From NCBI GenBank assembly GCA_963737365.1, contig CAVTSD010000008.1:23504-87503 (forward strand): 64,000 nt of DNA, read 5' to 3'. The position numbers and the translations under genes were made by a program. Shown piece after piece: positions 1-9,267 of the stretch. The notes under the pieces are model-generated. The model ran no database searches, had not been told where the DNA came from, and saw nothing but the letters and a program-made list of their open reading frames with translations. The stretch comes from an uncultured Alphaproteobacteria bacterium. GTDB taxonomy: Bacteria > Pseudomonadota > Alphaproteobacteria > Rhizobiales > Beijerinckiaceae. Positions within the stretch are counted from its first letter, which is position 1; each line of letters starts with the position of its first letter.

Positions 1-651
1 TCGCCGAGCTTTGCGCGCGAGGACTTTTTGCCGGCGGCTTCCAACCTCGACGCGCTGACCGCGATCGAATTCTGGCCGAACTGGGCAGCTCGAATGCTGA
101 TGCTGGTCGGGCCCGAGGGTGCGGGAAAAAGCCACCTCGGCGCGATCTGGGCGCGTGCTGCGGGCGCCGTCAGCCTCGCCGGGGAGGCGTTGAACGAACA
201 GAGCCTCGAAGTCTGTGCCCCCGCTCATGCGGTATTGATCGAAGACGCCGACCGCGCGACCTGTGCAGAAGCGCTTTTGTTTCACCTGATTAACAACGCG
301 ATACAGAACAACGCGTGGCTTCTGCTGACCTGCCGGACGGCGCCAGACGCTTGGGGCCTCACCACACCCGACCTTTTATCGCGACTGCGACTAGCGCCTG
401 CCGTAGGCCTCTCGGCGCCTGACACTGAATTAACCGAGGCGGTTCTCTTCAAGTTGTTCAGCGATCGTCAGCTTCAGGTCGAGCCGCATGTGATCGCCTA
501 CATCGCGCTGCGAATCGAGCGCTCGCTCGGGGCCGCGCGAGAACTTGTGGCCATGCTCGACCATGAGGCTTTGACGCAAAGTCGACGTATAACTCGAACA
601 ATGGCGAGCGAGGCGTTGCGCGAAATCGCCTCGAAGAGCGAATCGCCCTAG
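1..651 (+). CDS. hdaA: DnaA regulatory inactivator HdaA/Hda-like AAA+ protein (5' partial)
   Basis: Frame is open from base 1 (SPSFAREDFLPAASN). Walker A GPEGAGKSHL, then IEDAD and PDLLSRLR; resembles the DnaA ATPase core without the DNA-binding domain. Confidence 0.85.
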   Translation, partial: SPSFAREDFLPAASNLDALTAIEFWPNWAARMLMLVGPEGAGKSHLGAIWARAAGAVSLAGEALNEQSLEVCAPAHAVLIEDADRATCAEALLFHLINNAIQNNAWLLLTCRTAPDAWGLTTPDLLSRLRLAPAVGLSAPDTELTEAVLFKLFSDRQLQVEPHVIAYIALRIERSLGAARELVAMLDHEALTQSRRITRTMASEALREIASKSESP

Positions 652-757
652 CCTGGCCACAAATTCGTGTTTACACTCTTTTAATCATCGCTGGCCGACT
701 GGCAGATTTGAGGCCCGCACGGCGACGAAAATAACAGCCAAGATCCCGGAGGAGACA

Positions 758-1018
758 ATGCGTAAGTCCCTCATTCTTGCTCTCACAGCAATCGGCGGCG
801 GCGCCGGCTACGCGGCAGGCGTGACTGAGGTCGCTACCGGTTCCGCCATGGACGACCCGACCACCTGGCGCTGGCACGTGTCATCAATTCTAGCCGCGCA
901 AAGCGACACAGCCTCGCGGCGCATGGAAGTCGGCATCCTCGGCGCTGAAGCGTTCAACCAACGCTACGAACGTTACACACCATTGGGCTTGCCGCAGCAA
1001 CGCAGCGAGTCGCGGTAA
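758..1018 (+). CDS. Small hypothetical protein with hydrophobic/signal-like N-terminus
   Basis: Strong SD GGAGGAG 5 nt before ATG; N-terminus MRKSLILALTAIGGGAGYAAG; fills the gap between hdaA and the PLD gene. Confidence 0.6.
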   Translation: MRKSLILALTAIGGGAGYAAGVTEVATGSAMDDPTTWRWHVSSILAAQSDTASRRMEVGILGAEAFNQRYERYTPLGLPQQRSESR

Positions 1019-1050
1019 AACGCGTTCGGTCGGGCTCGGATCCCGCCGCG

Positions 1051-1620
1051 TCATCGAGTCTCATCAAGCGCTCCGATGTTTTGCGCGCGCGCCCAAATGC
1101 GTTCGAAATTGCTCTCAAACGCGTCAACGATGGCGGGATCCATAACAAAGATGGCGTCGTTGTCCTGGCTGGCGAGCCCGGACCGAGAAAAGTTGCCAGA
1201 GCCTGTGCGCAACACTGCGCCATCGATGGCGTAGGCCTTCAGATGCATAAGAACCCCCTCGCCTTTGACCCGCGCCACAACATTGGGATGGGCCAGCAAC
1301 GCCTCCACCGGCCCGCCGCTTGTGGCTCCGTGCTCGGCGAACTGGGACTTGTCCAAATAAAGCCGGATCAGGACGCCGCGTTCCGCCGCGTCCGTCAACG
1401 CCTCTATGATTCGCAAATCCGACAGAACGTACGCCGCCATGTCGATCGACAATTCAGCGCGGCCAATCGTGCGAGCATCGAGGCTCTCGAGGTTCTCGCG
1501 TGGCGCATAATGGATCTCAGGCCGGGATCTTTCAGCCTCGGGCTTGTTCTCCGCCCAAGCAGCTCCAAGCGCGGCCACGGCTACACAGGCGCTGAGGAAT
1601 AAACGAATTGCCAAGGCCAA
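1051..1620 (-). CDS. Exported phospholipase D-like (single HKD, Nuc-type) protein
   Basis: HLKAYAID (HxKxxxxD) followed by TGSGNFS; SIDMAAYVL and RLYLD strands typical of the PLD fold; signal peptide ending AAWA. Confidence 0.85.
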   Translation of the reverse strand: MALAIRLFLSACVAVAALGAAWAENKPEAERSRPEIHYAPRENLESLDARTIGRAELSIDMAAYVLSDLRIIEALTDAAERGVLIRLYLDKSQFAEHGATSGGPVEALLAHPNVVARVKGEGVLMHLKAYAIDGAVLRTGSGNFSRSGLASQDNDAIFVMDPAIVDAFESNFERIWARAQNIGALDETR

Positions 1621-1639
1621 CTCAAAGCGATCGAATGTC

Positions 1640-1657
1640 TACAACTTAATAGTTGTA
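1640..1657. promoter_or_regulatory. Palindromic candidate operator TACAACT-N4-AGTTGTA
   Basis: Perfect 7-bp inverted repeat, AT-rich, in the divergent PLD / molybdo-oxidoreductase intergenic region. Confidence 0.4.
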
Positions 1658-1776
1658 TTCGGTTGCAAATGCAAGGGGAGCTTGCAGACCGAGAGGGAGC
1701 GCTTCACTCCGAGGTTAAAGCGCTATAGGATAGCACCGGCGCGGGTGGCTTGAAACGTAACGATTGTAAGAGGCTC

Positions 1777-3864
1777 ATGAACGCGATCGCCGAGGTTACG
1801 CGGCGTCCTTCAGTCTGCCCGCACGACTGCCCCTCGGTTTGCGCTCTTGACGTCGAGGTCATTGGAGGCAAGCGCATCGGCCGTATCCATGGCGCGCGCG
1901 ACCAGACCTACACGTCCGGCGTCGTCTGCGCCAAAGTCGCTCGTTACCACGAGCGCATCCATCATCCGGATCGGCTCACTCAACCGTTTCGACGCGTAGG
2001 CCCCAAGGGTAGCGGCCAATTTGCGCCGATCAGTTGGGACGAAGCGCTCGACCGCGTCGCTGACAATTTCCTCTCGATCGAGCGCGAACTCGGACCCGAG
2101 GGCGTTTGGCCATACTTCTACGCTGGCACGATGGGCCTCGTGATGCGCGATGGAATCGAGCGCCTCACGCATGGCAAGCGTTACTCCCGCTTCCACGGGA
2201 CGATCTGCGTAGGGATCGCCTGGCCAGGATATGTTGCCGGGACCGGTCGACTGATCGGCGCCGATCCCAGGGAAATGGCGAAATCGGATTGCGTCGTCAT
2301 TTGGGGCACCAACGCCGTCGCGACCCAAGTCAATGTGATGACCCACGCAATTCGCGCACGGAAGGAACGCGGCGCGAAACTCGTCGTCATCGACATCTAT
2401 GAAAACGAAACAATGCGGCAGGCCGATCTTGCTTTGTGCCTGAGGCCGGGCACCGACGGGGCGCTTGCCTGCGCGGTGATGCACATCCTGTTTCGCGACG
2501 GGTGCGCCGATTGGGACTATCTCGAGCGGTACACGGACACGCCGCGCGAACTTGAGGCGCATGTGAAGACCCGCGATCCCGCATGGGCGAGCGCGATCAC
2601 CGGCCTCGCTATCACGCAAATTGAGGAGTTCGCTGCCCTCATTGGGCGGTCGAAACGCAGTTTTTTCCGGCTCGGTTACGGTTTCTCCCGCCAACGCAAC
2701 GGCGCGGCGAACATGCATGCGGCGCTCTGCATTCCAGCGGTCACAGGCGCTTGGGCGCACGAGGGCGGCGGCGCCTTTCACAGCAACAGCGGCGTATTCA
2801 AACTGCAAAGGACAATGATCGAGGGACTCGACGTCCGCGATTTAAGCGTTCGTCGGCTGGACCAGTCGCGGGTCGGCGCCATCCTGACAGGCGAAACCGA
2901 CGCACTGAAAGGCGGCCCGCCCGTGCGAGCCATGCTCATTCAGAACACAAACCCGCTCGCTGTCGCTCCCCACCAGGAAAAAGTGCGTCGCGGGTTTTCG
3001 CGCGAGGATCTCTTCACTTGCGTCCACGAACAGTTCATGACCGACACCGCGCGCTATGCCGATATCGTGTTGCCTGCGACCATGTTTCTGGAACACGATG
3101 ATCTTTACACCGCTGGCGGCCATCAGCATCTGCAATTCGCCGCGAAGGCAATCGACCCGCCCGAGGGCTGCCGATCGAATCACGAGGTGATCGCTGCGCT
3201 CGCAAAGCGAGTCGGCGCAGAACACCCTGCATTCTCCATGTCGCCGCGAGAAATCATCGACTGGACATTGCGGGAATCGGGCTACGGCGATCTTACGACC
3301 CTCGAAAGAGAGCGCTGGTTTGACTTGCAACCCCCGTTCGAACAGTCCCATTTCCTCGGCGGCTTTGGCTTCCCGGACGGAAAATTCCGCTTCAAGGCGA
3401 ATTGGGAAGACGTACCGGTTGCCAACGACGGAATGCGCGGTCCGTGGCGCGCGATGCCAAGTCTGCCTGACTATTGGCCGATCAACGAGGCCGCGGATGA
3501 GGATCACCCGTTCAAACTCGCGACGTCGCCGGCCCGAAACTTCCTCAACTCCTCCTTTACTCAGACCCGGACGTCATTGTCTCGGGAACAGCGGCCGGAA
3601 GTGTTGATCAATCCGTCCGACGCGCTGAGGTTGGGGCTCTCACAAGGCGACGTCGTGCAACTGGGGAACGAGCGTGGGCGGACGCGCTTGCATACCCGCA
3701 TCGTCGAGAGCGTGAAACCGGGCACTCTCGTCAGCGAAGGCATCTGGCCGCCTTCGGCCTTTCTCGATGGCTGGGGGATCAACGTCCTCGTCGGCGACGA
3801 CAGCGTCGCTCCGTACGGCGGCGTGGCGTTTCACGATGTGAGCGTTTGGGCGCGCCGGGCATGA
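1777..3864 (+). CDS. Molybdopterin-dependent oxidoreductase (DMSO reductase superfamily, cytoplasmic)
   Basis: N-terminal CPHDCPSVC...CAKV Fe-S motif, RLTQP, VVIWGTN, TARYADIVLPAT, C-terminal molybdopterin dinucleotide-binding domain. ATG 1777 chosen within ORF 1750-3864. Confidence 0.9.
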   Translation: MNAIAEVTRRPSVCPHDCPSVCALDVEVIGGKRIGRIHGARDQTYTSGVVCAKVARYHERIHHPDRLTQPFRRVGPKGSGQFAPISWDEALDRVADNFLSIERELGPEGVWPYFYAGTMGLVMRDGIERLTHGKRYSRFHGTICVGIAWPGYVAGTGRLIGADPREMAKSDCVVIWGTNAVATQVNVMTHAIRARKERGAKLVVIDIYENETMRQADLALCLRPGTDGALACAVMHILFRDGCADWDYLERYTDTPRELEAHVKTRDPAWASAITGLAITQIEEFAALIGRSKRSFFRLGYGFSRQRNGAANMHAALCIPAVTGAWAHEGGGAFHSNSGVFKLQRTMIEGLDVRDLSVRRLDQSRVGAILTGETDALKGGPPVRAMLIQNTNPLAVAPHQEKVRRGFSREDLFTCVHEQFMTDTARYADIVLPATMFLEHDDLYTAGGHQHLQFAAKAIDPPEGCRSNHEVIAALAKRVGAEHPAFSMSPREIIDWTLRESGYGDLTTLERERWFDLQPPFEQSHFLGGFGFPDGKFRFKANWEDVPVANDGMRGPWRAMPSLPDYWPINEAADEDHPFKLATSPARNFLNSSFTQTRTSLSREQRPEVLINPSDALRLGLSQGDVVQLGNERGRTRLHTRIVESVKPGTLVSEGIWPPSAFLDGWGINVLVGDDSVAPYGGVAFHDVSVWARRA

Positions 3865-3963
3865 AGCGCTATGCCTCGGCGCACTTTCTTTGCGCGGATC
3901 GGCGGGATATACGACACCCGGATTGCTGACCGGCGCGTCGGTTCCTGTTCGCGAGCAAATGAA

Positions 3964-4470
3964 ATGAAGAAGCCGTCCGGCGTGCAAACCGACGGGTCTG
4001 CGCAAAGTCTTGTCGACGTAGCTGCGATCGACCAACTCGCGAGGATCGTGTCGCAATATGATCTCAGTGAGATCGAGGTCAGTCTCGGCGACCTACAGGT
4101 GCGCCTGGCGCGCGAGCGGCCCCCAGCAGTGCAGGCAAGCACACCGGCTGTTTCTCAACCGGCGCCAATCGCGGCCGATCCCACGCGAAGCTCGGCCGCC
4201 GCTTCTGCTGGAATAGCGCGGCCCGCGGCCGAACTGGCCGGCGCGGTGAAGTCGCCGATGGTCGGAACGGCCTATTTGCGGTCCAGTCCCGAATCCAAGC
4301 CGTTCGTCGAAGTCGGTTCGATCGTAAAGGTCGGAGACAAGTTGCTGCTGGTTGAGGCGATGAAGACGTTCAACGATATTGTTGCGCCGCAGGCCGGCAG
4401 GATCGTCCGCATCCTGGTCGAGGATGGCTCGCCGGTCGAGTACGACCAGCCGTTGATGATTGTTGAATGA
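3964..4470 (+). CDS. accB: Acetyl-CoA carboxylase biotin carboxyl carrier protein
   Basis: VKSPMVGTAY and EAMKTFN biotinylation motif; Pro/Ala-rich linker; start ATG 3964 inferred. Confidence 0.95.
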   Translation: MKKPSGVQTDGSAQSLVDVAAIDQLARIVSQYDLSEIEVSLGDLQVRLARERPPAVQASTPAVSQPAPIAADPTRSSAAASAGIARPAAELAGAVKSPMVGTAYLRSSPESKPFVEVGSIVKVGDKLLLVEAMKTFNDIVAPQAGRIVRILVEDGSPVEYDQPLMIVE

Positions 4471-4524
4471 CCACCACACAGAGTCGAGCTGCGAAGGTTG
4501 CGAGCGATCAGGGAGCTCGCCTCG

Positions 4525-5880
4525 ATGTTCGATAAAATCCTTATCGCCAACCGAGGCGAGATTGCGCTCAGGGTTCTGCGTGCGGCCAAGGAGCTCGGCA
4601 TCGCGACCGTTGCGGTCTATTCGACCGCCGACAAGGATGCGATGCATGTCAAGCTGGCGGATGAAAGCGTGTGTATCGGACCGCCGCCAGCGCGCGACAG
4701 CTATCTGAACATTCCCGCAATTGTCGCTGCATGCGAGATTACTGGCGCGGATGCTGTTCATCCAGGCTACGGTTTTCTCGCCGAGAATGCGCGTTTCGCG
4801 GATATTCTAGACGAGCACGACATCACATTCATCGGCCCGAAAGCTGAACATATCCGGTTGATGGGCGACAAGATCGAGGCCAAGCGCACCGCCGAGCAGC
4901 TCGGGCTCCCGTGTGTGCCTGGGTCCGAAGGCGGCGTGCAGGATGAAGTCGAAGCGCGCGAGATCGCCGACAAGATCGGCTATCCGGTGATCATAAAGGC
5001 TGCGGCGGGCGGCGGAGGCCGCGGCATGAAGGTCGCGCGCGGACCCGACGACCTCGCCGAAGCGCTTAGCGCGGCCAAGATCGAAGCGCGGACCGCGTTC
5101 GGAGACGATTCCGTCTATCTGGAGAAATACCTCGCCCGGCCTCGCCACATCGAAGTTCAGGTGCTCGGCGACACGCAGGGGCACGCCATTCATCTCGGCG
5201 AGCGCGATTGCTCGCTGCAGCGGCGCCACCAGAAAGTATGGGAGGAAGGCCCATCACCAGCTCTGAACCCGGAACAACGCGAAAGCATCGGGGGAATTGT
5301 CGCGAAGGCCATGGCTGAACTGGGCTACGTCGGCGCCGGGACAGTCGAGTTCCTTTACGAGGATGGGAACTTCTTCTTCATCGAGATGAATACGCGCGTG
5401 CAGGTCGAGCATCCGGTCACCGAGATGATCACCGGAATCGACATTATCAATGAGCAAATCAAGATTGCGGCCGGTTCCCCGCTTTCCATTGCGCAAGATG
5501 ACGTTCGCTTCCTCGGCGCCGCGATCGAATGCCGGATCAACGCTGAGCATGCGCGCACATTCGCGCCGTCGCCGGGACGAATCACCTACTTTCATCCGCC
5601 GGGCGGCCTTGGCATTCGCGTCGATTCCGCAGCCTATCAGGGTTACGTGATCCCGCCCTATTACAATTCCTTGGTCGGCAAGCTGATCGTCCACGGACGA
5701 ACGCGCACTGAAGCTCTCATGCGGCTGCGGAGAGCGCTGGATGAATTCGTCGTCGAGGGCGTCGAGACAACGCTGCCCTTGTTTCGCGCCCTGGTGCGAA
5801 ACTCGGACGTTCAGAACGGCCAGTACGATATCCACTGGCTTGAGGATTTTCTGAAAAACGAGCCCAAGGCGGATTTGTAA
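4525..5880 (+). CDS. accC: Acetyl-CoA carboxylase biotin carboxylase subunit
   Basis: [59 protein letters not shown]. Confidence 0.97.
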   Translation: MFDKILIANRGEIALRVLRAAKELGIATVAVYSTADKDAMHVKLADESVCIGPPPARDSYLNIPAIVAACEITGADAVHPGYGFLAENARFADILDEHDITFIGPKAEHIRLMGDKIEAKRTAEQLGLPCVPGSEGGVQDEVEAREIADKIGYPVIIKAAAGGGGRGMKVARGPDDLAEALSAAKIEARTAFGDDSVYLEKYLARPRHIEVQVLGDTQGHAIHLGERDCSLQRRHQKVWEEGPSPALNPEQRESIGGIVAKAMAELGYVGAGTVEFLYEDGNFFFIEMNTRVQVEHPVTEMITGIDIINEQIKIAAGSPLSIAQDDVRFLGAAIECRINAEHARTFAPSPGRITYFHPPGGLGIRVDSAAYQGYVIPPYYNSLVGKLIVHGRTRTEALMRLRRALDEFVVEGVETTLPLFRALVRNSDVQNGQYDIHWLEDFLKNEPKADL

Positions 5881-6094
5881 GGGGCGGCGGCTTGTGTATG
5901 CCGCATTGGGTCAAAGCGAAGCCGTCCTCCTCTTGAACCGGCGTCGCCGTGCCCCTCCAGAGCGAGACCTGCCATGCGGCCTTTCACATCCCAACTTGCT
6001 CCGACCGACCAAGGGTCCATACCAAATGAACATAAAATATTTGTTTATATGAGTGAGACGTCCTTCAAGCGATTCGCGTTGCAGAAAAATCACG

Positions 6095-6115
6095 GTAAGC
6101 TATTGAAAAGGCTCG
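6095..6115 (-). repeat. Dispersed element copy C (IHF-like core CGAGCCTTTTCAATAGCTTAC)
   Basis: 17/21 identical to the corresponding part of copy A at 52849-52869; contains TTTCAA-TAGC-TTA, one mismatch to the IHF consensus WATCAANNNNTTR. Confidence 0.45.
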
Positions 6116-6183
6116 GGCGCGTGCAAAGCCGTACACTGGGCTGCATCGTACATTTCGGTCGGCTGCTCAGGCCCCGCGAGGTC

Positions 6184-7071
6184 TCAGCTCAACCGCTGTA
6201 AGGCTGCGCGCGCTTCGCTATCGTTGGGATTAACCGTCACCGCGCGCTGATAAGATTCTACGGCCTTCGCGTGATTGTTCAGCTTCTCGTAGCAGACTCC
6301 GAGGCCCGTCCAGGCTTCCGAGTTGTTGGCGTTGACGTTCAGCGCCGCGTTGAAGTCCTCGACTGCCGCGTCATACTTGCCGGTCGCCATCAAGCTCTGG
6401 CCACGCGCCTGGTATGGCGCGCCAGCGAACGGGTCGCGGTCAATTGCATTGTTGAAGTCGGTAATGGCCTGCGCGTTGTCGCCCTGGCGCTGATAGATGA
6501 GGCCACGCGCGTGATAGGCTTGGGCTCCTTCCGGATTCAGCCGAATCGCCTGGTTCAGGTCCTTGAGCGCGCCAGTGTAATCACCGTGCGAGCGTTCGAG
6601 GTTGCCGCGACCGAGATAGGCAGCCGCGTCGTTCGGATTGACGGCGATCGCCTGGTTAAAGTCCTGCATCGCCAGATCGTCGTTTTTGGTCTGACGATAG
6701 GCGAGCGCCCGGTTTGTGTAGGCGCCGGAGAAATGCGGATCGACCTCAATCGTATGGCTGAAATCCTCAATGGCGTTCGAATATTTGCCTAGCTTAGCGT
6801 AGACGACGCCGCGGGTGTTGTAAGCGGCGGCGTCCTGCGGATTGCGCTGAATGACCTCAGTAAGGGAGTCGATATTGCCGACGTTCGAGGCCTGAGCCCC
6901 GGGTCCGGCGTCGATTTCAGCCACGTGTGTTGTCGCGCCAAAACCGCCCAACGTCTCGCTGCAGGCGGCAAGCATGAGCGCGAGCGCGGCGACTGAGACT
7001 CCCGCCGAAATACTCGTGGGTATTGATCGTCCCATCATCGAGCGCCGAAACCAGAGCTCCACGCGAAACAT
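6184..7071 (-). CDS. Tetratricopeptide-repeat lipoprotein
   Basis: About six 34-aa repeats of type AYxxRG...A..DF..AI..DP; lipobox LAAC; start codon uncertain. Confidence 0.9.
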   Translation of the reverse strand: MFRVELWFRRSMMGRSIPTSISAGVSVAALALMLAACSETLGGFGATTHVAEIDAGPGAQASNVGNIDSLTEVIQRNPQDAAAYNTRGVVYAKLGKYSNAIEDFSHTIEVDPHFSGAYTNRALAYRQTKNDDLAMQDFNQAIAVNPNDAAAYLGRGNLERSHGDYTGALKDLNQAIRLNPEGAQAYHARGLIYQRQGDNAQAITDFNNAIDRDPFAGAPYQARGQSLMATGKYDAAVEDFNAALNVNANNSEAWTGLGVCYEKLNNHAKAVESYQRAVTVNPNDSEARAALQRLS

Positions 7072-7164
7072 GCGCGTTTATCGACAATACCCAAGGCCAA
7101 TCCGAAAACCCCGCCGCTGAGGGCTAAGGCGCTATATGACGAAGTCCCGCGCAACCGTCGCTAA

Positions 7165-7416
7165 TCAGCTCGCTGACCGCGGCGCGCCAGGAATAGGCTT
7201 AGGCTTCATCGGAAGCAGGCCCTCGCGCTGCAACTTCTTGCGCGCAAGCTTCCGAGCGCGCCGAACCGCCTCGGCCTTTTCGCGCGCTCGCTTCTCAGAT
7301 GGCTTCTCATAATGTCCGCGAAGCTTCATTTCGCGAAAGATTCCTTCGCGCTGCATCTTCTTCTTTAGGGCCTTGAGGGCCTGATCAACATTGTTGTCGC
7401 GAACGAGTACCTGCAC
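7165..7416 (-). CDS. rpsU: 30S ribosomal protein S21
   Basis: [31 protein letters not shown]...YEKPSE. Confidence 0.98.
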   Translation of the reverse strand: MQVLVRDNNVDQALKALKKKMQREGIFREMKLRGHYEKPSEKRAREKAEAVRRARKLARKKLQREGLLPMKPKPIPGAPRSAS

Positions 7417-7607
7417 GGATTATCCTGTATTTTGAGGCTAGCCTCGAAAGATCCGAAAATTGGCGCGCGCATTCGGCTCCCACCGCGATACGCAAGTTGC
7501 GCGGCGTTTAGCAGACGAGCTATTTCTTGTCCAGAGCGCTCGGTGGTTCCCGGCGTGGTTCCCTTGTCGCGCCCATCATGGCATAAGCGGCCAAGTCAGG
7601 ATTCCTT

Positions 7608-7826
7608 GTGATGAACAGATTCGAGCGCCGTCCCGTGGACACGGGCGAAGCGAAGATTGAATTTCTTGACGGCGATTTTCGCATCCTACGGCCAGGCGCC
7701 TACGTGCGCTGCGCCGTAACCGGCGAGCCGATCCCCCTCGACGAGCTACGCTACTGGAGCGTGGATCGCCAGGAAGCCTATGTCGCTCCCACCGCTTCTA
7801 TGAAGCGAGAGTGCGAGCGCCTCTAG
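7608..7826 (+). CDS. DUF2093-family small alphaproteobacterial protein
   Basis: GDFRILRPGAYVRCAVTGEPIPLDELRYWSVDRQEAY matches the family as recalled. Confidence 0.8.
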   Translation: MMNRFERRPVDTGEAKIEFLDGDFRILRPGAYVRCAVTGEPIPLDELRYWSVDRQEAYVAPTASMKRECERL

Positions 7827-7854
7827 CTAATGACCCTTGTCGCGCGCGGCATTC

Positions 7855-8910
7855 TCATCGGATGGGCGGGGCATATTGAATGCCGCCAGCGTTCCACAAT
7901 TGATTGAGACCACGCGGAATGGCGAGAGGGCTTGTCGCGCCTAGGTTGCGCTCAAACACCTCACCGTAATTGCCGACATATCGGATGACGTTCGCCGCCC
8001 AGGCGTTGGTCAGTCCGATCTCTATGCCAAAATCTCCGCTCTCACCTACCAGGCGCTTGACCTCTGGCTTCTGCGACCTCAGCGCCTGATCGATGGTGTG
8101 CGAACTCACCCCAAGCTCCTCGGCGTTGATCATGGCGAAATAGACCCATCTGACGATATTAATCCATTGCAGGTCATTGTCGCGCACCACCGGGCCGAGG
8201 GGCTCTTTCGAGATGACATCTGGCAAAATCAGCTGATCTCGCGGCTTCGCGAGACGGAGACGCAAGGCATAAAGCTGAGAGAGATCGCTTGTCAGGACCG
8301 AGCAAAGACCCGCATCATAATTCTTGATCAACTCGTCGGTCGATGAAGATACGACCTCCTGCAAAGTCATGTTGTTGCTGCTGAAGAAGTCGGCAAGATT
8401 GTCGATCGTCGTAGTGCCGCTTTGCACGCACACCTTTGCCCCGTCGAGCTGGAGCGCGGAATTCACCCTCAGCGCCCGCGGGACCATGAATCCCTGACCG
8501 TCATAATAGGTGGCGCCTACGAAGGTCAGGCCGAACTCTAGCTCGCGCCCCATGGTCCAGGTGGAGTTGCGCGCAAGAACGTCGATTTTTCCATCCCGAA
8601 GCACCTGAAAGCGGGCGTCCGCCGTAAGCGGCTCGAGCTTAACCTTCTTCGGATCGCCGAAGACTGCGGCTGCGATCGCACGACAGAAATCGACGTCAAA
8701 TCCGGTCCAGATCCCCCGTTCGTCCATGTTCGAGAATCCGGGCAATCCCTCGTTAACCCCGCAGACCAACGTTCCGCGCGCCTTGACCGCCGTCAAGGTC
8801 GGCGAGGAACCGGCCGAACAAGCAGAGACGGTTATCGCAAAGACAAAAAGCGCGACGGCCCATTGCCGCGTCTGCCGTCCCAGCCTTTCAAGTCGGCGCG
8901 GTCGATCCAT
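7855..8910 (-). CDS. aapJ: General L-amino acid ABC transporter substrate-binding protein (AapJ/BztA type)
   Basis: RGTLVCGVNEGLPGFS, GFDVDFCRAIAAAV, YYDGQGFMV, ISKEPLGPVVR, GNYGEVFERNLG, YAPPIR; start uncertain. Confidence 0.9.
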   Translation of the reverse strand: MDRPRRLERLGRQTRQWAVALFVFAITVSACSAGSSPTLTAVKARGTLVCGVNEGLPGFSNMDERGIWTGFDVDFCRAIAAAVFGDPKKVKLEPLTADARFQVLRDGKIDVLARNSTWTMGRELEFGLTFVGATYYDGQGFMVPRALRVNSALQLDGAKVCVQSGTTTIDNLADFFSSNNMTLQEVVSSSTDELIKNYDAGLCSVLTSDLSQLYALRLRLAKPRDQLILPDVISKEPLGPVVRDNDLQWINIVRWVYFAMINAEELGVSSHTIDQALRSQKPEVKRLVGESGDFGIEIGLTNAWAANVIRYVGNYGEVFERNLGATSPLAIPRGLNQLWNAGGIQYAPPIR

Positions 8911-9188
8911 TCGGAAGCTCACCCTTAGCGCTTCCTTCGACCATAACCGAGGATGAGGCTTGAGAAAACCGCGGGCGGATGGATTCGCGAGCTTGCCCCG
9001 TCGGCGAGACTGGTACACCCGCCGCTCCTTCGACGTGACAGGAGATGGTCCGCCGTGGCGCGGTGGTCAGTTTTGCGCGCGACTCAACGTTTTCAGCCTC
9101 TTAAGCTCATTTTTCTGCAACTCTAAGCGATTGAGCCGGTACCCGCGCGACCGCGCCCTCGGTTGCCCTTGCAATCGCGCCCAAGATA

Positions 9189-9202
9189 GTTCATATGTGA
9201 AC
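9189..9202. promoter_or_regulatory. Candidate operator GTTCA-N4-TGAAC upstream of beta-oxidation operon
   Basis: Inverted repeat GTTCATATGTGAAC about 65 nt upstream of the acyl-CoA dehydrogenase ATG. Confidence 0.3.
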
Positions 9203-9267
9203 CTTATTTCCACGAATGTGCTTTGCAGCCGCTGTGCGAGCGGCTTCGCTTTCTCTTGGAGACGACG

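Noticed and set aside
670-684. CtrA box (TTAA-N7-TTAA) upstream of the 758 ORF
   Set aside because: Only one perfect half-site; insufficient without conservation data.
1680-1776. Possible Moco/tungsten riboswitch upstream of the molybdo-oxidoreductase (CTCCGAGG segment)
   Set aside because: Could not build the multi-stem structure or find the GNRA/GAAA loops; only a short word matches.
6078-9121. 13-mer GTTGCAGAAAAAT shared between 6078-6090 and the reverse complement of 9109-9121
   Set aside because: Exact 13-mer matches are expected by chance in 64 kb across two strands; flanks do not align.
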